Shown here one piece after another: positions 47,305 to 56,742 of a stretch of 64,000 nt of DNA; within the stretch, counting starts at the first letter, position 1; each line of letters opens with the position of its first letter. The position numbers and the translations under genes are program-made. The DNA comes from a virus (lineage: Duplodnaviria; Caudoviricetes): the IMG/VR virus record IMGVR_UViG_3300042691_038938. The stretch is one strand, 5' to 3'. A model generated the notes under the pieces. That model ran no database searches, was not told where the DNA came from, and saw only the letters and a list, made by a program, of their open reading frames with translations.

Positions 47305-48984
47305 GTGATCAAGGATTTTAAGACATTTGTCAATGAGGCACTAACAGTAAGGTCGAGTCTGACCGGAGTCAAAGACACTCACTTTGAAGAGAGAGCAAAG
47401 CTTCGATTAAAAGGATTAAAGATAGTAAATTTTCTAGACGATTCAGGAAAGAATGTTGATGTAGATCCTAAGGTAAAATCAGCGAGCACAAGATTCTTTC
47501 AAGAAGTTTTCTTTCACCTAGCTGATCCAGAAAAGAGTAAGATATTTGATGAGGTTGACGTTCCTTTAGGAATGATTGGACTCATTAGAATGGGAAAACC
47601 AGTAGTAGTTCTTCCTAACGGCAAAAAGGTCAAGCCTGTGTTTGAAGTCTATGAAAGGACTGACCAGGGCAAGAAGATAATGAGGACTGGCCTCTACTTC
47701 TGGATATTCACAATAGGTTCGACTGTTCGTACCATAAAGCTATATACGTTAGACGGCAGCAACCAGTCTGAGAGAAACACGATCATCAATAAGTCAATAG
47801 ATCACTTACGGTTTAATAAAGAGGCTGAACTTGCTAGGATATCTAGAGTGTTAAATGTGAGAATGGAAAATCCGGAAGACTTGAAACAAAAGCACAAAGT
47901 TGTTTTAAAGCCGGCTGGCATAGATGAAGTAACATTTGACCTTAGTCTGCCTGCATCAACTGAACAACAGCTAACCGACTTTATCGCTGGAAGCACAGTC
48001 ACTCGACAGGAACAAGTCTATATCGCTCCTGAGAGAGGCACTACTGATTTTACTTTAGAGACTGTTCCCAAACAAATGAACATCACCCCAAACAAGGTGT
48101 GGATTCTAGAGAGAAACGAGAAGCACAATACTTGGGGAGCAATACCCATTGAAGATTCTCAACTAGTGAAGAGAGGAGGGGACAATGAGATAGCTATGAA
48201 GATCGGAAAGAAATGGGTACACTGGTTAGACGAACCTAGATTCAATCCTCCTGTTCCTACTAACGAAAGATTTATCAGAAAGGGAGACACTATCACACTA
48301 GCTAAGCAGTTAGGAAGCGGCCAGTGGCTCGCTAACACAGGAACTATTCGAGAGATCTCAATAGATCCAAAGAGCGCTTATCCATATGCCAAGACTGCGG
48401 GATGGGATAAGACTGAAATAATTCCTGCGGATCTTGCAGAGAGAATGTTTAAGGATTATCGATTAGCCAATGAGAGCAGGTTTGTGATGAGCTTTAACGA
48501 ATGGATAGATCACACCACTCCATTAAGCACCCGTTTGAATGAGGAAATAGTGATTGATAAAGAGATACCGGAAATGGATCAGTTCTTAGAGATAGTGTGT
48601 AATCCAGACGGCTCGCTTAAGTATCCCGAGCTTTTCACAAGATTGCAAGGAGGTAATGACAACCCTAAGCTTAGAGAACAGATCAAGAAAATGTATCTAG
48701 ACACAAGTACTAGAAAAAACAAGAAGGCCAAATATTCAAAAGAGGCAAGGACGGTGATAGAAATGGTTTGGGAACTGACTAAAATAAACACTGATTCGGA
48801 AATAGACATTGACAAAATTATTCCTGAAACTATACTTGATCCAACTGAAAAGCAAGCTGATGGAACATATCCGACTGACTACAAGTTCTTCGTTTTTACT
48901 GATCTAAATTCAAAAGCGATCGATTACTTGACTGGAGAAAGAAGCGGCATTGCCACAGGTTTTATGGGACTCATGGCTAGATAA
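47305..48984 (+). CDS. Large hypothetical protein, putative internal head protein
   Basis: GTG start MIKDFKTFVNE; internal NESRFVMSFNEWI...LNE. Confidence 0.75.
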   Translation: MIKDFKTFVNEALTVRSSLTGVKDTHFEERAKLRLKGLKIVNFLDDSGKNVDVDPKVKSASTRFFQEVFFHLADPEKSKIFDEVDVPLGMIGLIRMGKPVVVLPNGKKVKPVFEVYERTDQGKKIMRTGLYFWIFTIGSTVRTIKLYTLDGSNQSERNTIINKSIDHLRFNKEAELARISRVLNVRMENPEDLKQKHKVVLKPAGIDEVTFDLSLPASTEQQLTDFIAGSTVTRQEQVYIAPERGTTDFTLETVPKQMNITPNKVWILERNEKHNTWGAIPIEDSQLVKRGGDNEIAMKIGKKWVHWLDEPRFNPPVPTNERFIRKGDTITLAKQLGSGQWLANTGTIREISIDPKSAYPYAKTAGWDKTEIIPADLAERMFKDYRLANESRFVMSFNEWIDHTTPLSTRLNEEIVIDKEIPEMDQFLEIVCNPDGSLKYPELFTRLQGGNDNPKLREQIKKMYLDTSTRKNKKAKYSKEARTVIEMVWELTKINTDSEIDIDKIIPETILDPTEKQADGTYPTDYKFFVFTDLNSKAIDYLTGERSGIATGFMGLMAR

Positions 48985-48986
48985 GA

Positions 48987-49307
48987 CTAGTCTCTAAACT
49001 TTCCTGGAAAGATCTGTCTCCATTCATGACCCTTCGGTATGAATTTCTTCTTGACTCCAAAGATCTTGTCCTCTCCTGGATCACAAGCATTCTCACCATT
49101 CCACTTGAATCCGTTGCGACATGCCCAATTCTTCATGAATATGGTAAAGGGTTGACCTGTCACAAAGGGAAACCTTACTCCAGACTCGTTATCAATTTCC
49201 TCAATCTTTCCGTGAGTCATCTTAATTGTAATAGTTCTTCCCTGTCTCGATGTAAGGACTATGACTTCTTCTCTCATCCAGCTTTCGTATAGCACAACGT
49301 GTTTCAC
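48987..49307 (-). CDS. Hypothetical protein
   Basis: MKHVVLYESW; coupled to the cyclase gene. Confidence 0.65.
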   Translation of the reverse strand: MKHVVLYESWMREEVIVLTSRQGRTITIKMTHGKIEEIDNESGVRFPFVTGQPFTIFMKNWACRNGFKWNGENACDPGEDKIFGVKKKFIPKGHEWRQIFPGKFRD

Positions 49308-49309
49308 TA

Positions 49310-50011
49310 TTAAATCTTTATTTTATATGCAGTCGTTTTTGCCACTCCCTTTAGGTTTCTTAGAGGTTCGCAAGAGTGTAACTGTAATTCTGAAAGAAGT
49401 CTACCGCTTCTTCTACGTTTACCCTCATAACATCTCTGCTGATAGTCAATGATCTCTAATTTACGACTCTTCTTAGAAACTAGATCCTCTATCCTTTTCT
49501 CCTCCTCTTTAGGTAGAGCTTCAGTAAAGCTAAAGGTCACGTTTCCAGGTTCAGAAACAGTCGACTCCATTCGAGAAGCAGTGTTTACCGTGTTACCGAA
49601 GAAGTCCCATAGTTTTTTACCTTGGATGTCTGTCTGCTTTTTATATAGAGGTCCCCAGCAGATCCCAAGTCGAATCGTCATGTTCTTATCCTTAATCTTG
49701 ATAGGGTTATTCTTAAGGTCCTCCTGTATCTCCATGCCTGCCTCTACCGCTCTTAGTAAGGAGTCCTTGCCCTCGAAGCTGACCATGTAACTATCACCGA
49801 TAGTCTTTACGATCATGCCCTTGAACTTTGTGACCACCTTTGTCATTCGCTTATTGTGCTCTTCAAGAGCATTGAACATGCCAGACTGATGTAGCTTCCA
49901 AAGCTTAGAGCTTGACTTAACGTCAGTGAACAGGATCGCCTGCTCCTTCTCTTCAAGTTTCTTTAGAGAGTCAATGCTCTCCCAGATAGGATAAGATACT
50001 AAGTATTTCAT
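49310..50011 (-). CDS. Class III nucleotide cyclase, adenylate-specific residues
   Basis: ILFTDVKSS, VKTIGDSYM, IRLGICWGP, DFFGNTVNTASRMES. Confidence 0.92.
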   Translation of the reverse strand: MKYLVSYPIWESIDSLKKLEEKEQAILFTDVKSSSKLWKLHQSGMFNALEEHNKRMTKVVTKFKGMIVKTIGDSYMVSFEGKDSLLRAVEAGMEIQEDLKNNPIKIKDKNMTIRLGICWGPLYKKQTDIQGKKLWDFFGNTVNTASRMESTVSEPGNVTFSFTEALPKEEEKRIEDLVSKKSRKLEIIDYQQRCYEGKRRRSGRLLSELQLHSCEPLRNLKGVAKTTAYKIKI

Positions 50012-50014
50012 GTC

Positions 50015-50344
50015 TTATTTGGGCCCAAATGTTTTTATCTTCTTGAGACCGTGTCTCTCTAAAAACTCAGAAGGAACTGCCTCTTCGATGATTGTGTGTA
50101 ACTGTGATGCTAGCATTTCTTGATAAGTGGTCTCGTTTACATTAACAAAGCAGAACCAGTGAGTCGCAGGAAGCTCTCCTGTCTCAGACAAGGGAATAGT
50201 TAAATGGTCTACTGAAAACTCAGGGTCTTTCTTTTTCTTCAACTCAATGATGCGGTCTGCTGATTCGCGTTTAGGCAAGACACCAGCTGATCTCTTTCTA
50301 GCTTCAACTACATTCTCATTTTCACATAGTATGCATAGTCTCAT
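50015..50344 (-). CDS. Hypothetical protein
   Basis: Probable start MRLCILCE at 50344, avoiding overlap with the upstream gene. Confidence 0.6.
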   Translation of the reverse strand: MRLCILCENENVVEARKRSAGVLPKRESADRIIELKKKKDPEFSVDHLTIPLSETGELPATHWFCFVNVNETTYQEMLASQLHTIIEEAVPSEFLERHGLKKIKTFGPK

Positions 50345-50360
50345 ATACTTAATATTTTTT

Positions 50361-51284
50361 TTAGTAGCTAAATAGCGATAGTATCGATGTACCTTGACTC
50401 TCAAGGTTCAGGTTCTTTATGTATGAGACATAATACGGCGCAAGAGCTCCGCCCGTCTCAGTATCCACCTTAAAGAGTCCAAGGTTAGGATCTCCATCTA
50501 GTTCAGAGTCTGCAAACACTATCGCAGAGTAAACTGTGCCTCTGTGCTCGACTGTGCTGAATACTCCAAGTATCAACTCCACTCTAGTCTCACTAGGAGA
50601 AGGAACGAGTATGTTAGAATAGATAAAGTCGCCTGCATCTATATCAAAAGGCCCTATGATTATATCTGGCCCAGCATACGCTATCGCCCATGGAGTTCCA
50701 TCATACAGAAAGAGGTTTCTAAGTAGGTAACCTGTCACGCCGTCATCGACTTCAGATACTTCAGTCACATCGACCGTTTCGGCTAATTCGTTCAGTGTCA
50801 CTCTAATGATGCTAGACACTCCAGTCTTCTTGAAACCGTTATCTAGATAGATAAAACTCCCATTACCTTCATAATACAGAGAGCTTGCTCCCTTTGTCGC
50901 ATAATCGTTGATGTTATTATCAAAGAAGGTAAACTCTCTGGTCTCCTTGTCGATTCGTATGAAATATACTTCTCCACCAAAATCAACCGCTGCGTATAAA
51001 CGATCATCGTCTGTGTTTAGGGTGATTACGGTCAGATCAGGAAAATTCTCGAAGTTGAATGGCCAATTGGCTTCAGTTCGGTCTACTGTGTATATTAGAC
51101 CATCGAATGAGACTCCAAATAGTCCCTCCAATGGATCATATCCGCCGCCGCTACCTGCTGCGCCAACTCCGCCTTGTGACTGCATCTTGATTCTTATTGC
51201 TTGCTCAAATAGAGCATCCTGTTCTAGCTTTGCGCGAAGAGCTCTTTGTTCGGGCGTCTCGTTTCCCCAATTGATGAATGACAT
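50361..51284 (-). CDS. Putative virion surface protein: conserved N-terminal anchor plus beta-rich (propeller-like) domain
   Basis: MSFINWGNETPEQRALRAK shared with the 62687 ORF; Gly linker; beta-strand-rich C-terminus. Confidence 0.65.
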   Translation of the reverse strand: MSFINWGNETPEQRALRAKLEQDALFEQAIRIKMQSQGGVGAAGSGGGYDPLEGLFGVSFDGLIYTVDRTEANWPFNFENFPDLTVITLNTDDDRLYAAVDFGGEVYFIRIDKETREFTFFDNNINDYATKGASSLYYEGNGSFIYLDNGFKKTGVSSIIRVTLNELAETVDVTEVSEVDDGVTGYLLRNLFLYDGTPWAIAYAGPDIIIGPFDIDAGDFIYSNILVPSPSETRVELILGVFSTVEHRGTVYSAIVFADSELDGDPNLGLFKVDTETGGALAPYYVSYIKNLNLESQGTSILSLFSY

Positions 51285-51304
51285 TCTATCTAAGTTTATT
51301 TTAG

Positions 51305-51931
51305 TTATTTATCCTGAAAGTGTCGCTGTATTCGTTCGCTTAGCCTAATTCTAGGATCCGACTTACTTCGTCCCAACTCCTCGTACTCTAACATGAATCC
51401 AAAACTAAGCAGCACTCTTCTACTCTTAAAAGGATTTGGTGTCCAGTGCTTGTATAGACTGGCTTCAAAACAATAGAGATCAGTCTCTTCAACGTTTACT
51501 ATCTCCTTCTCTATTGCGAACTCGTAGGGTCCTGAGAGCACACTCACGTTACACTTATAGTTTATGAGTCCGTCAAAGCCGGCATCATAGTGCGCTCCAA
51601 TAGTTCCTCCCTCGTCCATGTCAACTATCTGCAAGAAGGAATTCTTGTTTGGAATCCCTACTTCTTTGCAGACACTCTCAGCGATGTCGCGAAAAACATT
51701 AGGTATCTCTGTCTGGACGACTGCACCCCCAGCTTGGTATTGGGAGATCTTGCCCGAGATCTCATTCTGACTCAGGTCAAACATGCAAGAAAAGCCATTT
51801 AGCTTTCCTATGAGCTCTTTAAGATGAGGATTAGTTAAGTCTCCATCAGACCTTAAAGAATTAACGAAGTTTAGGATCTGATTCCTTTGTCTCTGAGCTA
51901 GGAATCCTTTGTGTAATAGGTGATTCGACAT
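51305..51931 (-). CDS. 2OG-Fe(II) oxygenase
   Basis: GAHYD (HxD), YKHW, RVLLSFG. Confidence 0.85.
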   Translation of the reverse strand: MSNHLLHKGFLAQRQRNQILNFVNSLRSDGDLTNPHLKELIGKLNGFSCMFDLSQNEISGKISQYQAGGAVVQTEIPNVFRDIAESVCKEVGIPNKNSFLQIVDMDEGGTIGAHYDAGFDGLINYKCNVSVLSGPYEFAIEKEIVNVEETDLYCFEASLYKHWTPNPFKSRRVLLSFGFMLEYEELGRSKSDPRIRLSERIQRHFQDK

Positions 51932-51967
51932 AATAAAAGCGTGTTATCTACTTTTATTTATAAAAGC

Positions 51968-51995
51968 AAAAAGGATCTCATTGGAGATCCTTTTT
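51968..51995. terminator. Bidirectional Rho-independent terminator
   Basis: AAAAAGGATCTC-ATTG-GAGATCCTTTTT. Confidence 0.88.
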
Positions 51996-52021
51996 CATTA
52001 AATTTATTTGTAATTGTAAAA

Positions 52022-52348
52022 TTATTGTGCTTCTACTGGGATAGCTGCTTCCAGTTCTGCTATGAATTCCTCAAGAATCGTTGCGTCCACTTCTGAGATC
52101 TTAACTAAAAATGAAGTCTCAGCAGTAGTATCCTCTGCTCTAACTCCTAAATATCGAACTGACTCTCCATTAAAGATGTGGATAACATGATAGTCAGTAA
52201 GAGTCACATCTTCAGGTTTAAAAGTCTTGACATGGTCAACTAGAGCAGTAAGTTTAGTCATGGTGTCAGCTTTTATTGTACCTTTTTTCTCTCCGATAAG
52301 CTGAACATCCCCAAATCCAAAAACATGGATAGTATTAAATTTTGCCAT
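52022..52348 (-). CDS. Hypothetical protein
   Basis: 108-aa ORF between GATAAATA (52365-52372) and a terminator. Confidence 0.7.
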   Translation of the reverse strand: MAKFNTIHVFGFGDVQLIGEKKGTIKADTMTKLTALVDHVKTFKPEDVTLTDYHVIHIFNGESVRYLGVRAEDTTAETSFLVKISEVDATILEEFIAELEAAIPVEAQ

Positions 52349-52386
52349 TTTGAAAGTTTTTTATTATTTATCTTAAACTAAAATAA

Positions 52387-52411
52387 AAAAGGACTCAGCA
52401 AGAGTCCTTTT
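52387..52411 (-). terminator. Rho-independent terminator of the zinc-ribbon gene
   Basis: AAAAGGACTC-AGCAA-GAGTCCTTTT with an A run giving a U tail on the minus strand. Confidence 0.85.
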
Positions 52412-52433
52412 CCTAGAGCCTGACGGGCAAAAT

Positions 52434-53192
52434 TTATACTTTAGTTCCGCAGTTAGGGCAGAACTTCCAGCTGGATTTTTTAAGACGCGAGCCGCAATCA
52501 GTGCAGTAGTTTCTAATCTCTTTAAGATCGACTGGTTTTTTGGACTCTGGCAAGATCCTGATAAAGACTGAATTGCTTGCCCAGAAATTATATTCTGAGT
52601 TGTCCTGACCGAATTCTTGGTCAGAAGACTCTCCCTTCTCAGTTCGGCCAGTCTCAAGGGATCCTGCGATCGGCATTGAAGAGGTGACCATTGACGAGTT
52701 TGCCCCAATGACATCGTTCAGTGAAAAACCTAAAGTAGGATTAGAATTAGAATAGTAGACTGTGTTGACTGTTGATCCGCCGAATGGAGGATATGAGTCA
52801 TGCGTCCAAGTAGTATTGAACCCACCTGTCAGCTTGATGAATTCATCATAAAACTCTATTTTTACTCTACCGTTTTCTCTAGTTGCCTCCTTCGATTCAG
52901 CTGAGTTCTCGACTTCATAAGTCTCAAAGATAAACTTTTTTGGCTCATCGATCCATCTTTCTAAAAAGACTCTCTGGCCAGGTTTCACCACGATTCCAGT
53001 CGATGAAATAAGTTTTTCATCGATGTAGATCTTGGCAAGCACCTTTGATTTTTTGGGATTGTAAAGCTCTATCTCAAAGTGAGTCCCGTCTTTAAGATAG
53101 ACTTTGTTATCGTATTGTTTCATACGATTTCTGTTCACTGCAATGTGTGCAGTAGGAGACAGTGAGTCCCCTTTAATTGATGTGTAATTCAT
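52434..53192 (-). CDS. Conserved phage protein with C-terminal zinc ribbon
   Basis: GIVVKPGQRVFLERWID..KF.FETYEV; C-terminal YCTDCG...WKFCPNCGT. Confidence 0.8.
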   Translation of the reverse strand: MNYTSIKGDSLSPTAHIAVNRNRMKQYDNKVYLKDGTHFEIELYNPKKSKVLAKIYIDEKLISSTGIVVKPGQRVFLERWIDEPKKFIFETYEVENSAESKEATRENGRVKIEFYDEFIKLTGGFNTTWTHDSYPPFGGSTVNTVYYSNSNPTLGFSLNDVIGANSSMVTSSMPIAGSLETGRTEKGESSDQEFGQDNSEYNFWASNSVFIRILPESKKPVDLKEIRNYCTDCGSRLKKSSWKFCPNCGTKV

Positions 53193-53212
53193 AATTTACC
53201 TGTTTTTTTAAA

Positions 53213-53283
53213 GCCGACATCATCGTGGGTCAACCCACTCAAAAGCCACTAGGACTTGATGCCGACTGGAGTGTCAGGCTCTA
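53213..53283 (-). promoter_or_regulatory. Candidate structured 5' leader RNA (pseudoknot-like)
   Basis: GUCGGCAUCA/UGAUGUCGGC 10-bp helix with two G-U pairs (minus strand only), GUGGG-UUGA-CCCAC hairpin, AGAGCC/GGCUUU crossing helix. Confidence 0.55.
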
Positions 53284-53411
53284 TTGATATTTACTCTAAT
53301 TTAGGTAAAAGTTTTTGGGTTAGGAGGTTACTGCTCTCTAGTTTATCTGCTATTTCTGATCCCTAGGTCCAAGCTTATGAGTCCTTCCTAGCTTCTTTAA
53401 AGTTGGCATTG

Positions 53412-54878
53412 TTAGCTATTGAGTCTAAGCCAAGCGCTAAAGGACACGTTTAGTCCCTCTCCCAAGTACTTCTTACGTAATCGATCAGCTTTATCAATGT
53501 CTCCTTTCAAATAGGCATCAATGATCGCATCTTGTATCTCGTCCTGGCTCATCTCGCTTTCAACATCCGGCTCAACATCCGGCTCAACCTCTTGAGTCGG
53601 CATCTCGTATCGAGGTTCCTCCTCTTTAGATTGGTCACCATATTTAGACTGTGCTTCAAGGTTGGCTAGTGCTTCTTCAATTATGGGATAAAATAATCTT
53701 TCGATACCTGATTTATCATTCATCAAGATTGCATATACAATCTTAAGCATTTCCTTAGGGTCATCTTTACCAGTCGTTGCAAGCATTCCAAATACCATCC
53801 AATAGAGACGTTGTTCCTCTGCCGCGAGGTCATTCCATATCGAATCGACATTCTCTCCTGTTTCTCGGTCCATTTCGCGTCGATAGCTAGAAAACCTCTC
53901 TTCAACTTCCGGATGAGAGTTGATTGCTTTACGAAAATCGTTCTGCATGTCAGTGCCGTACTTAAACTCTTCAGCTTCATCAAGTAGAGTATCAGTGTTC
54001 ATTATCACCTGTTCTGCCTCATCTTCTGAAAGGTGCTCAGTGCTTAGCTGTACTGGAAGAACGTAGACTGCTTTGATCGCTTCATGGATAAGAACTGAGA
54101 GATCAACTCCCCTAGCAAATATCTTCATCTCAAGGTCTGCCATTAACTCTTCAGCTGAGTCGCTTTCAGTAAAGTCCTTTCCTTTTTCAAGATCGTCTAA
54201 CATCTTCTTAGCTGCGTCTTCGTCTGGCTTTTTATCTCCAAAATCAATCATATTGACCCCAGCTCCAGACATCTTCAAGTAGGTCTTTATCTGGTTATCT
54301 GGTAATCTCCAATCATTGAATTGAGCCACTGCTGAGATCTTATTCAAGAGCTTAAGATATTCTTCACCGTCGGTTTTTCCTAGTATTGTCTTGATTCCAG
54401 ACTTGAACATAGGTAGATTTAGAATCGCTTTAGAATTCAATCCCATTCCCTGCTGAAGCGTCTTTAAGATCTTTCTCTTGTGGATCTCATTAATTATCTT
54501 ACGATTAACGATTTCCTCGACGTTAGGCTGTTCAGGTTCCTCTGGAGTCATTGATCCCATTGATCGTGCCTCATCACCTATCTTAAAATCGAATTCAACA
54601 TCATCAAGCAGACCCTTGAATATGAATCTAAATGAAGAAACAGTCAGGTCAGATAACGCGTCCTCGTGCCCTGATTGAAGTGCTTTTGATTTGCCAATAA
54701 GCCCCATGAAATTACTAAGGTCTTCACGATTTTCCATGGCAAATCTTGCCATTTTAGGATCCTTTTCCGCTTTGACCTTCGCTAACCATGAAGGATCATT
54801 GGACTCTCCTTCTCCTGGAATTCCGATGTTTCCTCTAAGGGAAGCCTCATTGATATAGTCTTCGAAATTATTTAACAT
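53412..54878 (-). CDS. Hypothetical protein, putative internal head protein
   Basis: MLNNFEDYINE; LIHE motif; C-terminal VSFSAWL. Confidence 0.75.
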   Translation of the reverse strand: MLNNFEDYINEASLRGNIGIPGEGESNDPSWLAKVKAEKDPKMARFAMENREDLSNFMGLIGKSKALQSGHEDALSDLTVSSFRFIFKGLLDDVEFDFKIGDEARSMGSMTPEEPEQPNVEEIVNRKIINEIHKRKILKTLQQGMGLNSKAILNLPMFKSGIKTILGKTDGEEYLKLLNKISAVAQFNDWRLPDNQIKTYLKMSGAGVNMIDFGDKKPDEDAAKKMLDDLEKGKDFTESDSAEELMADLEMKIFARGVDLSVLIHEAIKAVYVLPVQLSTEHLSEDEAEQVIMNTDTLLDEAEEFKYGTDMQNDFRKAINSHPEVEERFSSYRREMDRETGENVDSIWNDLAAEEQRLYWMVFGMLATTGKDDPKEMLKIVYAILMNDKSGIERLFYPIIEEALANLEAQSKYGDQSKEEEPRYEMPTQEVEPDVEPDVESEMSQDEIQDAIIDAYLKGDIDKADRLRKKYLGEGLNVSFSAWLRLNS

Positions 54879-55140
54879 ATTTGTCGTGTAGTTTTTGAAT
54901 CATTTTCATTCCTTCTGGAGTGTCCTTTATTGCGTTAAGCTCGTTAAAGAACATGTCAATCATCTCTTCGTATGCGAACTGAGGCTTGGTTTTCTCTCTT
55001 TCGCTAGGTCTCTTAGTAGGAATAGGCCTCCATGGTCTCTTTCCCTTCTCTTCATCCGGTGGTGCAGTAGGAGTCTTAGGCTTGATCGCAGGTTCTGCCA
55101 TCGCTAACCTTTCGTTGATTGATTTGATGTACTTCCTCAT
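54868..55140 (-). CDS. Hypothetical Pro-rich protein
   Basis: MRKYIKSINE; AATAAATA at 55164-55171. Confidence 0.65.
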   Translation of the reverse strand: MRKYIKSINERLAMAEPAIKPKTPTAPPDEEKGKRPWRPIPTKRPSEREKTKPQFAYEEMIDMFFNELNAIKDTPEGMKMIQKLHDKYVK

Positions 55141-55221
55141 GATGAGAACAAAGTTATTTTAGTTATTTATTCTTATATTAGGTAAAGATAAATAAATCTA
55201 TAAAAATACGATCAATAAAAG

Positions 55222-56742
55222 ATGAGTCACTTACTTTCATTTAATTCTTTTACAGACCAACCTAGAATGGACGAAAACATCCAGGCAGCGAAGGGATATC
55301 TTCTTAAAAGTTATTCTGACAAGATGAACGTTCCCATCTCTGAGATTCCCAAAGAGGAGCAGGGAGAGATCTTACGTAATAATAAAGACTATCAAGCGAT
55401 CCTAACGATGCTAAAGGGCAAGGACGGATACGTATATCCCTTTGTTCTTTTTAGGTTTGAGCATAACGTTCGAATGAATCAGTTGGCTAACCTTCTAGAG
55501 AAGATCAAGCAGTATTCTGCTGTGTTAAATACTCTGCCGATGCCGATCGAAGAGTATGCGAAACAGGCTCAAGTAAACGGAGTAGATAGTTTCGAGGCAC
55601 TGATGGACGCATTTGACTCAATAGAAGTAAAGAAAAGGAGCCGATGGATCATTGACGACACTCCAGGAGACCTGCGTCGCCGATTAAGAATGTTGAGTGA
55701 CCGTGACCAGGACAGACTGATAAAGTCTGCAAAGATCATTGACGATATCGATGCTAAAGTCGGAAACTTCATTGATGAGGAGACTGGCAGAGAGACGAAT
55801 AATAAGATCAGTCTTCTTAAGAAAGTAAAGTCATTCGCAGATAAATCAGCTGAAGAATATTTAGAATGGGTGGAGAGCTTTGCGGATGGAGTCGCCTCAT
55901 CAGATGTTGTATCAAAGATGGAACAGCTAAAGGATCTCATACCTGAAGCTGGACTACTCTACCTAAAGAATGGGTACATGGTTCTAGGAATTCGTACTGA
56001 AAAGGCTCAAAAGGATCTTTGTTCCATCGCTAACTGGTGTATCAACCGTGGATCTTGGGGATCGTACGGTGGTCAAAAGGATCGTTTACAAATAAACATC
56101 TTTAACTTCAACAAGAAACCGACAGATCCTCTACACATCACTGGTACTACAGTGACTAAGGACAAGAGAGTCACCCATTCACACGATAAGAACGACTTAA
56201 GCATCATAAAATCAAATGATTTCAGACAGCACCTCTTGGGTCTAGGTTATCCTGAGGAACTTGCGACAGCAGTTGACTCTTCCATCATGCGGGAGGGACT
56301 CATCAAAGATATCGTTACTGGGTTCAACATGGACGCAAGCTCTCCTAGAGATCTATTAAAGACGATAGTGTTTGCGAGCTACGATCCTCGAATGAATCTT
56401 GAAGAGGATAAGTCAGTGATCGGTCCGATACTTGAGATAATCGATGAACGTGTTTCAGGAAACATCTCGCCACAGGAAACACAGTCTCTCTTCATGGAAA
56501 AGGGATGGTTATCTCCTTTTTCAGCGAAGCTATTCAACCTGCTCTTTCCCGACCTTTCTACTGATTTTAGAAATAGGATAGTGAGTAGAGCGAAGGAGAT
56601 CTTTGGAGATCTTGAAGAGATCCTCGTTTATTTCGGAGCTTCAAAATATCCTGCAGTAGCCGGAGCAGTGAAGAGAAAACAAGAGATCCTAGACATACTT
56701 GAGAGAGGCGAATCGATTGAGAGAGATTCTCAAGAAAGATAA
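55222..56742 (+). CDS. Large hypothetical protein
   Basis: MSHLLSFNSF; ANWCINRG motif; GATAAATA at 55187-55194. Confidence 0.75.
   Translation: MSHLLSFNSFTDQPRMDENIQAAKGYLLKSYSDKMNVPISEIPKEEQGEILRNNKDYQAILTMLKGKDGYVYPFVLFRFEHNVRMNQLANLLEKIKQYSAVLNTLPMPIEEYAKQAQVNGVDSFEALMDAFDSIEVKKRSRWIIDDTPGDLRRRLRMLSDRDQDRLIKSAKIIDDIDAKVGNFIDEETGRETNNKISLLKKVKSFADKSAEEYLEWVESFADGVASSDVVSKMEQLKDLIPEAGLLYLKNGYMVLGIRTEKAQKDLCSIANWCINRGSWGSYGGQKDRLQINIFNFNKKPTDPLHITGTTVTKDKRVTHSHDKNDLSIIKSNDFRQHLLGLGYPEELATAVDSSIMREGLIKDIVTGFNMDASSPRDLLKTIVFASYDPRMNLEEDKSVIGPILEIIDERVSGNISPQETQSLFMEKGWLSPFSAKLFNLLFPDLSTDFRNRIVSRAKEIFGDLEEILVYFGASKYPAVAGAVKRKQEILDILERGESIERDSQER

Noticed and set aside
53193-53283. HDV-like/theta ribozyme or a known riboswitch (ZTP, SAM-II)
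   Set aside because: The topology is loosely similar, but P1/P3 lengths, the catalytic J4/2 cytidine and riboswitch consensus bases do not fit; kept only as an unassigned structured leader.
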